32,000 bases of DNA, taken from positions 1,380,001-1,412,000 of the forward strand of contig CP006868.1 in the NCBI GenBank assembly GCA_025340205.1, given 5' to 3'. This DNA is from Ignicoccus pacificus DSM 13166 (GTDB taxonomy: Archaea > Thermoproteota > Thermoprotei_A > Sulfolobales > Ignicoccaceae). This document shows, piece after piece, positions 25,246 to 32,000 of the stretch (within the stretch, counting starts at the first letter, position 1; each line of letters begins with the position of its first letter). A program made the position numbers and the translations under genes. The notes beneath the pieces were generated by a model, which was not told where the DNA came from, searched no databases, and saw nothing but the letters and a program-made list of their open reading frames with translations.

Positions 25246-25914
25246 TTGCGCCGCGGTAGAGGACATAGGAATCCCCTCTGGTGGGTCAGAAGTGCCAGGA
25301 TACTGGACTTCCTGCCAGAGGGCAGGCCTTTGGATCCGCATCCCGAGCACCGCTCGAGACCGTTCATCCAAGCCCTAGAGGAGAGCAGACTGAAGCTCAT
25401 CTCCACCGGCGCCCGCTACGGGGCCACCTTTACCATCGGTGAGAAGATCAGCTTCAAGCCAATAGATGAAAGAATCATAGGAAAGATCTACGTTATAAAG
25501 TACGAGGACTTGACCGGGGTAGCTCAAGAATCCCTCCCAGAGGTGGTCAGGGACTTCGTTAAGGAAAACGAGAAACTCTTCGTTACCTTCCTAAACATAT
25601 CCGAGCCAATAACCTTGAAGCTCCATTCCCTTGAGCTGATTCCCGGAGTAGGGAAGAAGACTCTAAGGCATATACTCGATGAGAGAAAGGTAAAACCCTT
25701 TGAGAGCTTCGAGGACTTCGAGAAGAGGACCGGATTCAAGAACATAGTTGATGCCTTGGTTGAGAGGATAATAAGGGAGATCAAGGGCGAGGAGAAGTAC
25801 TACTTGTTCGTGGAACCCGAGGGAAGGGGGGTGTTCTTGAACTACCTCGGAGCGGTGAGAAGGCGTGTTAGGATGGACGAGGGCGGAGCTGGCGAGACTG
25901 GGGGTCAGACCTAG
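25246..25914 (+). CDS. DUF655 family protein (OB/HhH nucleic-acid-binding type)
   Basis: 'ILDFLPEGRPLDPHPEHRSRPFIQAL', 'GKIYVIKYEDLTGVAQESLPEVV' and HhH-like 'LELIPGVGKKTLRHILDERKVKPFESFEDFEKRTGF'. The listed ORF begins at 25120. The start at 25246 is my proposal, from the promoter position and typical family N-terminus. Confidence 0.85.
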   Translation: MRRGRGHRNPLWWVRSARILDFLPEGRPLDPHPEHRSRPFIQALEESRLKLISTGARYGATFTIGEKISFKPIDERIIGKIYVIKYEDLTGVAQESLPEVVRDFVKENEKLFVTFLNISEPITLKLHSLELIPGVGKKTLRHILDERKVKPFESFEDFEKRTGFKNIVDALVERIIREIKGEEKYYLFVEPEGRGVFLNYLGAVRRRVRMDEGGAGETGGQT

Positions 25915-26620
25915 CAAGAAGCTCGGCCAGAACTTCACCGTTAACCCCAAAATAATCGAATACTTCCTTTCTCAAGTTCCTCCTAGTTCCTTGGTCCTCG
26001 AAATAGGTGCCGGCTTAGGTGTCCTCACCGAGGCGCTCTCCTCGAGGGCCTCCAAGGTAATAGCGTTGGAAAAGGATAAGAGGCTGTGCGAGTACTTGGC
26101 GAAGAGGTTTAAGGGCAACGAAAAGGTGCTCATAGTATGCGGCGACGCCTTGGAGTACCCCTTGGAAGCGGAGATCTTGGTCGGCTCCTTGCCCTACAGC
26201 ATCTCAGGCCCCTTCTTGGGAAGGGTGTTTACAGAGGGGAAGTGGAAGAAGGCAGTATTCCTCCTCCAGAAGGAGGTTGCTGAGAGGTTAGTGACCGAAC
26301 CAGGAACTAAGGAGTACGGAAGGCTGAGCGTCATGGCTCAGCTATGTTGTGATGTGGAGCTGGGCCCCAAGTGGGGACCCAAGTCCTTCTGGCCTCCGCC
26401 GGAGGTGGAGAGCCAACACGTGGTCTTAAAGAGGAAAAGGTCACTACCGAAGGAGTTCTCTCAATTCCTAGCATGTGTATTTTCACAGAGGAACAAGAAG
26501 GCCAAGAAGGTTCTCCCTAGATGTGGCTCCAGCTGGGAAGGGGAGGAGAGGGTGAGGGAGCTGACTCCTCAGCATCTCTGGGAGGCCTTTGAAAGGTCAC
26601 GAACCTTGAAGGGCGTTTAA
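25865..26620 (+). CDS. ksgA: 16S rRNA dimethyladenosine transferase (KsgA/Dim1)
   Basis: 'KLGQNFTVNPKIIEYFL', 'VLEIGAGLGVLTEALSSRASKVIALEKDKRL', 'ILVGSLPYSISGPFLGRV'. Overlaps the DUF655 3' end, as is typical in archaea. Confidence 0.95.
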   Translation: MLGWTRAELARLGVRPSKKLGQNFTVNPKIIEYFLSQVPPSSLVLEIGAGLGVLTEALSSRASKVIALEKDKRLCEYLAKRFKGNEKVLIVCGDALEYPLEAEILVGSLPYSISGPFLGRVFTEGKWKKAVFLLQKEVAERLVTEPGTKEYGRLSVMAQLCCDVELGPKWGPKSFWPPPEVESQHVVLKRKRSLPKEFSQFLACVFSQRNKKAKKVLPRCGSSWEGEERVRELTPQHLWEAFERSRTLKGV

Positions 26621-26663
26621 AGGGAAATGAATCGCATCGACCTCCCTCTATATATGCCATATC

Positions 26664-27092
26664 ATGCTACTCTCTAGGGGGCGCATCGTGGAACTTAAGG
26701 AGTTCTCCAGCTTCTCTGATGCTATAAAGTACGTTGAGGATCAACTAAATGGGCTCGAGAGGGAGGCCGAGCTCGTCGCCGGCATGCTCGAGAACATCGA
26801 GGAGGTCAGCTCTTCCTTCGAGGAGTTGAGCAAGGAGCTGGGAGGAGAAACCCACGAAGCCTTCTACAAGGCCACAATAGATGACATAACCTTGTACATA
26901 GAGCCAAGCCCTGTGGTTTTGGAAGAAGTAATAAAGAAGAGGGCTCAAGAGCTTTCCTCTCTAATAGAAATATACAGGAAGATAGGCGAGGTCCTCAAGA
27001 AGGCCTCCCAAGCGCTGGGTGATGGGGATGTGACCATCACCTTGGCCATAGAGCCCAACGAAGCCAAGGTCTTCATGAGATTGAAAAGGTGA
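26664..27092 (+). CDS. hypothetical protein (142 aa), predicted mostly helical
   Basis: Coding-like composition and compact co-directional spacing. No motif recognised. Confidence 0.6.
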   Translation: MLLSRGRIVELKEFSSFSDAIKYVEDQLNGLEREAELVAGMLENIEEVSSSFEELSKELGGETHEAFYKATIDDITLYIEPSPVVLEEVIKKRAQELSSLIEIYRKIGEVLKKASQALGDGDVTITLAIEPNEAKVFMRLKR

Positions 27093-27098
27093 TAAGAA

Positions 27099-28112
27099 TT
27101 GGACATAAACGAGAGATCTCGAATATTTGTAAACGTTTCGAGCAAGTTAGTGCTACTCACCAACGCGAAGCGTGTGGGAAAGGGGAGGTACACGCTTGAG
27201 GAGCTCAAGGAGAAGTCTAAGGGACTAAAAAACTCATGTTTGCTGGTTAAGATGAAGGACATCAGGGGCTACATTCTGTTATGCGACGGCGAGGTGTATG
27301 CCATTGCCTTTCAAGAGCCTCCAGCGCTAGGCGAGAGAGCCTTAGCCTTGATAGGAGAGGACCCGATAAGGGTAGAGATCTACGAGGTACCCAAGGACGC
27401 TGTAAAGAGGGCCGAGGAGTTCTTGGGACTTAAGGAAGAAGTGAAGCAGATGGGAGAGAAGGTAGGAAGGGTCCTAGCCGGTCTAAGCGAGAAGAAGAAG
27501 GCCAAGAAGGAGGAGAAAGAAGAAGAAATCCTTGAGGAAAGCCTCACGGAAGGAGTAATAACGGAGATACCGAGTGAGGAGGAGATACAAGTAGAGGTGC
27601 CTCCTCTAGAGGTCTTAGAGCTAATAGACTTGATTACCTTAAGCGACGAGTTGGCCTACTACTTGGAGAGGGAGGGAATAGAGGCAGAGAGCGACACGCC
27701 CGTTTCCTTAGACAGCACTTACGTGATAAAGATAAACATAAGGGAACCCGTTGGAATAGAAGAACTAGTAAGGGCGCTCTACGAGGCGGCGAAGAAGAGC
27801 GAGGCGACGACCCTCATAGAGGTAAACTTGCCGGGAGGAGCGAAGTACTACTTCGATCCGATATTGTATCAAGGATTCAACGAGGTAATGAGAAGGTTCG
27901 GTATTACAGAAGACGTGATAACATATATAGAGGCACAAGGAAAGGACAAGGCAACTATAGTGGCCTCGCTGAGATCCATGTTGCCTTCGAGGTACGCGTC
28001 CAGGATAATAGCTTCGCTAGTAGACGTGGCTAGGAAGAGGAGGCTCCCGTGGAAGAACATAAGCTTAAACGTAAGGGCAGGATCGATGGTCTTAGTGGGA
28101 GAAGTTCTCTAA
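27099..28112 (+). CDS. hypothetical protein (337 aa) with a charged central linker
   Basis: 6 nt after the previous ORF. A Lys/Glu-rich linker 'LSEKKKAKKEEKEEEILEESL' separates two domain-like halves. Confidence 0.6.
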   Translation: MDINERSRIFVNVSSKLVLLTNAKRVGKGRYTLEELKEKSKGLKNSCLLVKMKDIRGYILLCDGEVYAIAFQEPPALGERALALIGEDPIRVEIYEVPKDAVKRAEEFLGLKEEVKQMGEKVGRVLAGLSEKKKAKKEEKEEEILEESLTEGVITEIPSEEEIQVEVPPLEVLELIDLITLSDELAYYLEREGIEAESDTPVSLDSTYVIKINIREPVGIEELVRALYEAAKKSEATTLIEVNLPGGAKYYFDPILYQGFNEVMRRFGITEDVITYIEAQGKDKATIVASLRSMLPSRYASRIIASLVDVARKRRLPWKNISLNVRAGSMVLVGEVL

Positions 28113-28117
28113 AAACG

Positions 28118-28840
28118 TTATTTAGAAAATATGCTCTTGAGTCTGTAGATGAGCACGGTGAAGAAGCCGGGCTTGCTTCCATCTGGCAGTATGAGCTTTC
28201 CGCAGCTAGGACAAGTCTTCAGCTTCAAGTCAGCTCCACAGCTCCAGCACCTCTCACTGTCATAGGTGTTGAAGGATCCGCACTTGGGACAACGGTATAT
28301 CTTGAACGTCAAATCGGTCTTACAGTTATAGCATATGACGCTCTTCGCGGCCTTCAACATCTCAGTGAACTTCTCCAATATCCTGTCCAACGCGAAGTCG
28401 TATTTGATCACCAGCACTAGGTCCTTGTACTTGAACACGTAGAGTCTGGTGGTGTCATTTAAGAACACCTTTATGCTGTCAGTATCACCCAGTCCCAGCT
28501 TATTGGTTAGTTCGCTCATCCTGTCGTAGAGGGAGTTGGCAACCGCAGATACGTAGTCTGCATTCTCCTTCTCGATTCCAGCAATGAAGTAAGGTAGACC
28601 CTCGCTGCTTGCCGCCACGTAGCTTATTCCCCTGAGGTTGGCTACTGAGTCCACGAAGCTCTTCAAGCGAGCATCCTCCGCTGGTTGAGCGCTCAAGTTA
28701 ACGTACCCAGTAGTTCGAGGTGAAAGATCTAAAATTAAAGTTGTGCTCTGGTAGTGCACCGGGACCAGAGCCGTGGAAGAGCTGGTTAAGAAAATAGAAG
28801 AGCTGAAGAGGACTAGGAACGCGTTCATACTAGCACACAA
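28118..28840 (-). CDS. zinc-ribbon-containing protein (true start likely near 28702, not 28840)
   Basis: 'VICYNCKTDLTFKIYRCPKCGSFNTYDSERCWSCGADLKLKTCPSCGKLI' holds eight cysteines in CxxC pairs. The first 45 or so residues of the listed ORF mirror the nadA 5' end and an AT-rich promoter-like region. Confidence 0.7.
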   Translation of the reverse strand: MCASMNAFLVLFSSSIFLTSSSTALVPVHYQSTTLILDLSPRTTGYVNLSAQPAEDARLKSFVDSVANLRGISYVAASSEGLPYFIAGIEKENADYVSAVANSLYDRMSELTNKLGLGDTDSIKVFLNDTTRLYVFKYKDLVLVIKYDFALDRILEKFTEMLKAAKSVICYNCKTDLTFKIYRCPKCGSFNTYDSERCWSCGADLKLKTCPSCGKLILPDGSKPGFFTVLIYRLKSIFSK

Positions 28841-29687
28841 CTACCAGCTTCCTGAAGTGCAAGACGTGGCCGACTTCGTGGGAGACAGCTTAGAGATGGC
28901 CAGAGTGGCTACCCAAGTGGATGCAGACGTGATAGTGGTCGCGGGAGTTAGGTTCATGGCTGAAGTGGCTAAGGTACTAAACCCCGATAGGATAGTCCTC
29001 CACCCTGAGCCCGCATCTGGATGTCCTCTAGCGGATCACATGACCCCCGAGATAATCAAGAGGTTCAGGGAAATGTACCCTCACGCTCCTCTGGTAACTT
29101 ACGTTAATTCCACCATAGAGGCAAAGGCCTTGAGCGACATAATAGTAACAAGTGCCTCCGCTTTAAAGGTGGTCTCCAAGCTGGACGATGAGATAATACT
29201 CTTCGGTCCCGACAAGAACCTCGCCTGGTACGTGGCCACTAGGACCGGGAAGACTCTCCTGGCCGTTCCTCCTTGGGGCCATTGCCCCATCCACGAGTAC
29301 TTGGTCTCTCCCTACTACCTGAGGAAGGCCAAGGAGAAGCATCCCGGATGCAAGCTCTTCGTCCACCCTGAGTCCCCTCCGGAGAGCCAAATGATGGCAG
29401 ACTTCGTGGGCAGTACAAGCCAAATGCTTAAGGCTATAGGCGAGATAGAGGCGAGTTGTTACATCCTAGGAACCGAGGAGGGATTGGCTTACAGAGCCAA
29501 GAAGATGTATCCGGACAAGGACATATTCCCTCCCGACTCCAGGACGGTGTGTATAGACATGAAGAAGATAACTTTGGATAAGATAGCTAGAAGCTTGGAG
29601 ACATTAAAGCCTCAAGTTAAGCTCAGAAAGGAACTAATGGAAGCGGCGAGGGAGGCCATAGAGAGGGGCCTAGAGCTCGCCAAGTAA
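28773..29687 (+). CDS. nadA: quinolinate synthase A
   Basis: 'AHNYQLPEVQDVADFVGDSLEMAR', 'VLHPEPASGCPLADHM', 'YVNSTIEAKALSDIIVTSASAL', 'HPESPPESQMMADFVGSTSQM'. Confidence 0.96.
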   Translation: MEELVKKIEELKRTRNAFILAHNYQLPEVQDVADFVGDSLEMARVATQVDADVIVVAGVRFMAEVAKVLNPDRIVLHPEPASGCPLADHMTPEIIKRFREMYPHAPLVTYVNSTIEAKALSDIIVTSASALKVVSKLDDEIILFGPDKNLAWYVATRTGKTLLAVPPWGHCPIHEYLVSPYYLRKAKEKHPGCKLFVHPESPPESQMMADFVGSTSQMLKAIGEIEASCYILGTEEGLAYRAKKMYPDKDIFPPDSRTVCIDMKKITLDKIARSLETLKPQVKLRKELMEAAREAIERGLELAK

Positions 29688-30149
29688 TTCCTTGATTCTC
29701 TTCATTAAGGAATACCACTCTCCCACCGTCTTGAACTTGTACACCCTGGCCTCCTCTGCTCTCAATCCCTTAGGGGGAGTTCCTATGATCAAGGCATTCT
29801 TAGCGACTATTGGACATTCTAAAATGGCAGCGTACTTGGAACTCATGTTAGTTATCACTAGCTCCCAAGGACCTTTCAAATCTTCACACCTTCTCTTTAT
29901 CTTATCCATTAGCTCCTTCACTTCTTCCTTACTCATGTTCCCCAAGTACTTATCGTAGCTCTCTATCTCATCCTCGCACGAGATTATGCCGTATTTAGCG
30001 CTCAAGATGAAGCACTTAGCGTTTAGTTCATCTGCTATCAAAAATATGTTCTTAATGGGACCCATATAGATTTCCTTGGCCTTCCCCCTACCCTTCCTCT
30101 TCCTCTTAGTGCAAGATGTAATAACCAAAACTTTAGAAGTCGGGCTCAA
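29670..30149 (-). CDS. DUF6884-like/YaaA-reminiscent conserved protein
   Basis: 'KVLVITSCTKRKRKGRGKAKEIY...CFILSAKYGIISCEDEIESYDKYL', a pattern seen in this family. Confidence 0.55.
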   Translation of the reverse strand: MSPTSKVLVITSCTKRKRKGRGKAKEIYMGPIKNIFLIADELNAKCFILSAKYGIISCEDEIESYDKYLGNMSKEEVKELMDKIKRRCEDLKGPWELVITNMSSKYAAILECPIVAKNALIIGTPPKGLRAEEARVYKFKTVGEWYSLMKRIKELLGEL

Positions 30150-30888
30150 CTCCCTTTGCCCTTAGTAGCTCTCTAGCGAACCAAGCGAATCCCTTTCCAG
30201 CTGGCTCAGGAGCTACTATGTCGGCCTTAGCCTTAAGCACGTCTTGGGCATCTCCTACAGCTACCCCGACTCCGGCCTTTACTACCATGTCCAAGTCGTT
30301 CTCAGCGTCTCCGACGGCCGCCACCTCCCTCATCTCAAGCCCCAGCTTCTGGACTACCCTCTCCACCCCAGCTCCTTTTCCGCAAGTGGAGGGCATCACA
30401 TGAACTGCGTGTCTGCTCACCATTACAGCTATTCCCTTCTTCAAGTAGCCAAACTCCTCTAGGATCTCTTGGGCCTTCTTGGTGTCCTCCTCCGTGGTCT
30501 CCCCGGTAGGGGAGTTCAGGGCGAAGTCGCACCTCCTCCAAGGGTTCTGCCAAGAGGGAGTCCATCCCTTGACGGACCATATCCTCAGCAACACGTTGGC
30601 TGCCTCCTTGGCGAGCGAACAGAGGCCTTCGTCCACTACTAGCTCCTCCCACTTGAAGTCGCCTATTCCACAGCCGTTCTCGAAGACCACGGGGGCGGAG
30701 GTACCCAAGTACCTCTTCAACGCAAGTACTATAGGCCTACTGTTTCCGCTTACCAATATCACCTTTATTCCGTTCTTCTCCAAAGCCCTCAGCGCCTTTA
30801 TGGCATCCACATCCAGTAGGAATGAGATTCCTTGGGTGAGAGTTCCATCCACATCAGCGGCTACAGCCTTCACTTGCGACAAGTCCAC
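30133..30888 (-). CDS. phosphoglycolate phosphatase, archaeal TA0175-type HAD
   Basis: 'VKAVAADVDGTLTQ' (DxDGT), 'VILVSGNSRPIVLALKRYLG', 'KGAGVERVVQKLGLEMREVAAVGDAENDLDMVVKAGVGVAVGDA'. Confidence 0.9.
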   Translation of the reverse strand: MDLSQVKAVAADVDGTLTQGISFLLDVDAIKALRALEKNGIKVILVSGNSRPIVLALKRYLGTSAPVVFENGCGIGDFKWEELVVDEGLCSLAKEAANVLLRIWSVKGWTPSWQNPWRRCDFALNSPTGETTEEDTKKAQEILEEFGYLKKGIAVMVSRHAVHVMPSTCGKGAGVERVVQKLGLEMREVAAVGDAENDLDMVVKAGVGVAVGDAQDVLKAKADIVAPEPAGKGFAWFARELLRAKGVEPDF

Positions 30889-31472
30889 CTCTCGATCACC
30901 TCCTTGAGCTCGGAGTAGAGGGGGTGTAAAACGAGAGCGGACTTCCTTACCTCAGCCCAAGAGTCCCTCTGGGTTATCGTTACCAAGTACCTCCTCTTCT
31001 CCTCGTTTATCGGTGCCACGCTAACCGCCTTGTTGCCCGAGGTGAGGACTATGCCGTTCACCTTCATCTTTCCGAGGAAGTCTCCCTCTACCTCTCCCAT
31101 ATCACACAAGCTCAGCTCGTCCTCAACTACCGCCACTATCTCTCCCATCTCTATTTCATCCTCTTTCATTCCAACCTCAGTTATCATGGCTATCATTTCC
31201 GATACATAGTCCTTAAAGTTATCAAATCCTCCGAAGATCGTCAAGGACAATGCGTCGGGGGTTACGTAAACCTTGTACGCCGGGATCTCCGGGGGCTCGC
31301 CGGGCTTGATGCCGATGAGGCCGGGCTCTGGAGCCAAGATCTCGAAGGTTCCGTCGGCTTTGGGGAGGACCTCGGCGCTCCAGAACCCGTTCTTCGCCAA
31401 TTCCTTGCTCAGCAATGGTAAGTCCAAGGGCCTCTTGAAGTACATAGTCAACCTTACGCTTCCAGAGACCAA
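30870..31472 (-). CDS. conserved hypothetical protein (200 aa)
   Basis: Coding-like. Overlaps the 5' end of the HAD gene by 19 nt, suggesting an operon. No motif recognised. Confidence 0.6.
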   Translation of the reverse strand: MVSGSVRLTMYFKRPLDLPLLSKELAKNGFWSAEVLPKADGTFEILAPEPGLIGIKPGEPPEIPAYKVYVTPDALSLTIFGGFDNFKDYVSEMIAMITEVGMKEDEIEMGEIVAVVEDELSLCDMGEVEGDFLGKMKVNGIVLTSGNKAVSVAPINEEKRRYLVTITQRDSWAEVRKSALVLHPLYSELKEVIERWTCRK

Positions 31473-31579
31473 CTTAACACCGCTTGACCTCCGCGAGGGG
31501 GTAGATAAGGCGCTCTGAGGAGGAGCTCCATGTACGTTAAAAATGCTCCTTTTCGCTCAACCTTTTGAAGGTAGGTAAA

Positions 31580-32000
31580 ATGAGGAGGTTCGCCCTCTAC
31601 CTCTTAGCCGCTCTCCTCCTACTGCCCCTCCTCCAAGCTGCTAGGCCAGCGGGACCAGTGATCCTCGTTGACCTAGCTCACGGAGAGAACACCAGGGGTC
31701 TCTGTCTGTTCATGAAGATGATGCCCGAGGCCTATTGGGAGATCCTAGTACCCTCCAAGAACTACCAACTGCCTCCGTGCTCCGTCAAGCCCTACAAGGT
31801 ACTGGTGGGAGACTTCTCCTCTAGGCAAGTGGTGGAGGCTCTCAAGGAGGTAGACGCCGTGATCATAGGCCAGCCAACTCAGTACTTCACTAAGGCTGAG
31901 CTCAAGGAGATAGCCAACTGGTTCAAGTCCACTCCCGGAAAGGTGCTCTGGTGCGCTGGCGACAGCGACTATCCCGCTCAAGGAGGAAACATGGAGGTAG
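31580..32000 (+). CDS. secreted protein, N-terminal part (truncated at the right window edge)
   Basis: ATG at 31580, signal peptide 'MRRFALYLLAALLLLPLLQAA', then 'GPVILVDLAHGENTRGL...YKVLVGDFSSRQVVEALKEVDAVIIGQPTQYFTKAELKEIANWFKSTPGKVLWCAGDSDYP'. The frame stays open to base 32000. Confidence 0.65.
   Translation, partial: MRRFALYLLAALLLLPLLQAARPAGPVILVDLAHGENTRGLCLFMKMMPEAYWEILVPSKNYQLPPCSVKPYKVLVGDFSSRQVVEALKEVDAVIIGQPTQYFTKAELKEIANWFKSTPGKVLWCAGDSDYPAQGGNMEV

Noticed and set aside
25008-25406. Minus-strand 132-aa ORF (MEMSFSLLSSRAWMNGLERC...)
   Set aside because: Its N-terminal half is antisense to the conserved DUF655 core (DFLPEGRPLDPHPEHRSRP). The remainder lies in the ORF-poor region and has no recognisable features.
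1-32000. CRISPR array or cas genes
   Set aside because: No regularly spaced direct repeats and no Cas-like protein motifs seen in any listed ORF.

Overview
This 32 kb window is ordinary, gene-dense archaeal chromosome. It looks crenarchaeal and is Desulfurococcales/Ignicoccus-like in flavour, but the taxon was not verified. I found no CRISPR array, rRNA or intact mobile element. Recognisable genes: aroA; tRNA-Leu(CAA) with encoded CCA; an NSUN-type RNA m5C methyltransferase; an SSF transporter with a small partner; a universal stress protein; an M24 peptidase; a single-CXXCH Reeler-like membrane protein; hypE; a radical SAM protein; a sirtuin; a TFE-beta/Rpc34-like factor; the exosome operon rrp4-rrp41-rrp42; a transglutaminase-like membrane protein; A/V-ATPase subunits F and E; an RCK/TrkA-like protein; a creatininase-family protein; DUF655-ksgA; nadA; and a TA0175-type HAD phosphatase. 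The most interesting locus is 17647-19306 (minus strand). There, a multi-TM protein with the exosortase/archaeosortase Cys-Arg-His signature (Cys120, Arg160, His179) lies 10 nt downstream of a Thr/Asn-rich secreted protein. That protein ends in a CTERM-like tripartite tail (TTIPVPLVLALPGALAALRKRKK). A second secreted protein at 10229-11242 ends in a similar short tail (ITPIPMILPLAYFLYRKSDRLSRKR). I propose a possibly undescribed archaeosortase/P[IV]P[LM][IV]L-type C-terminal sorting system. Secondary points are a radical-SAM-like protein without its FeS motif, an ORF-poor AT-rich palindrome-bearing region (24501-25206), and two convergent gene overlaps.
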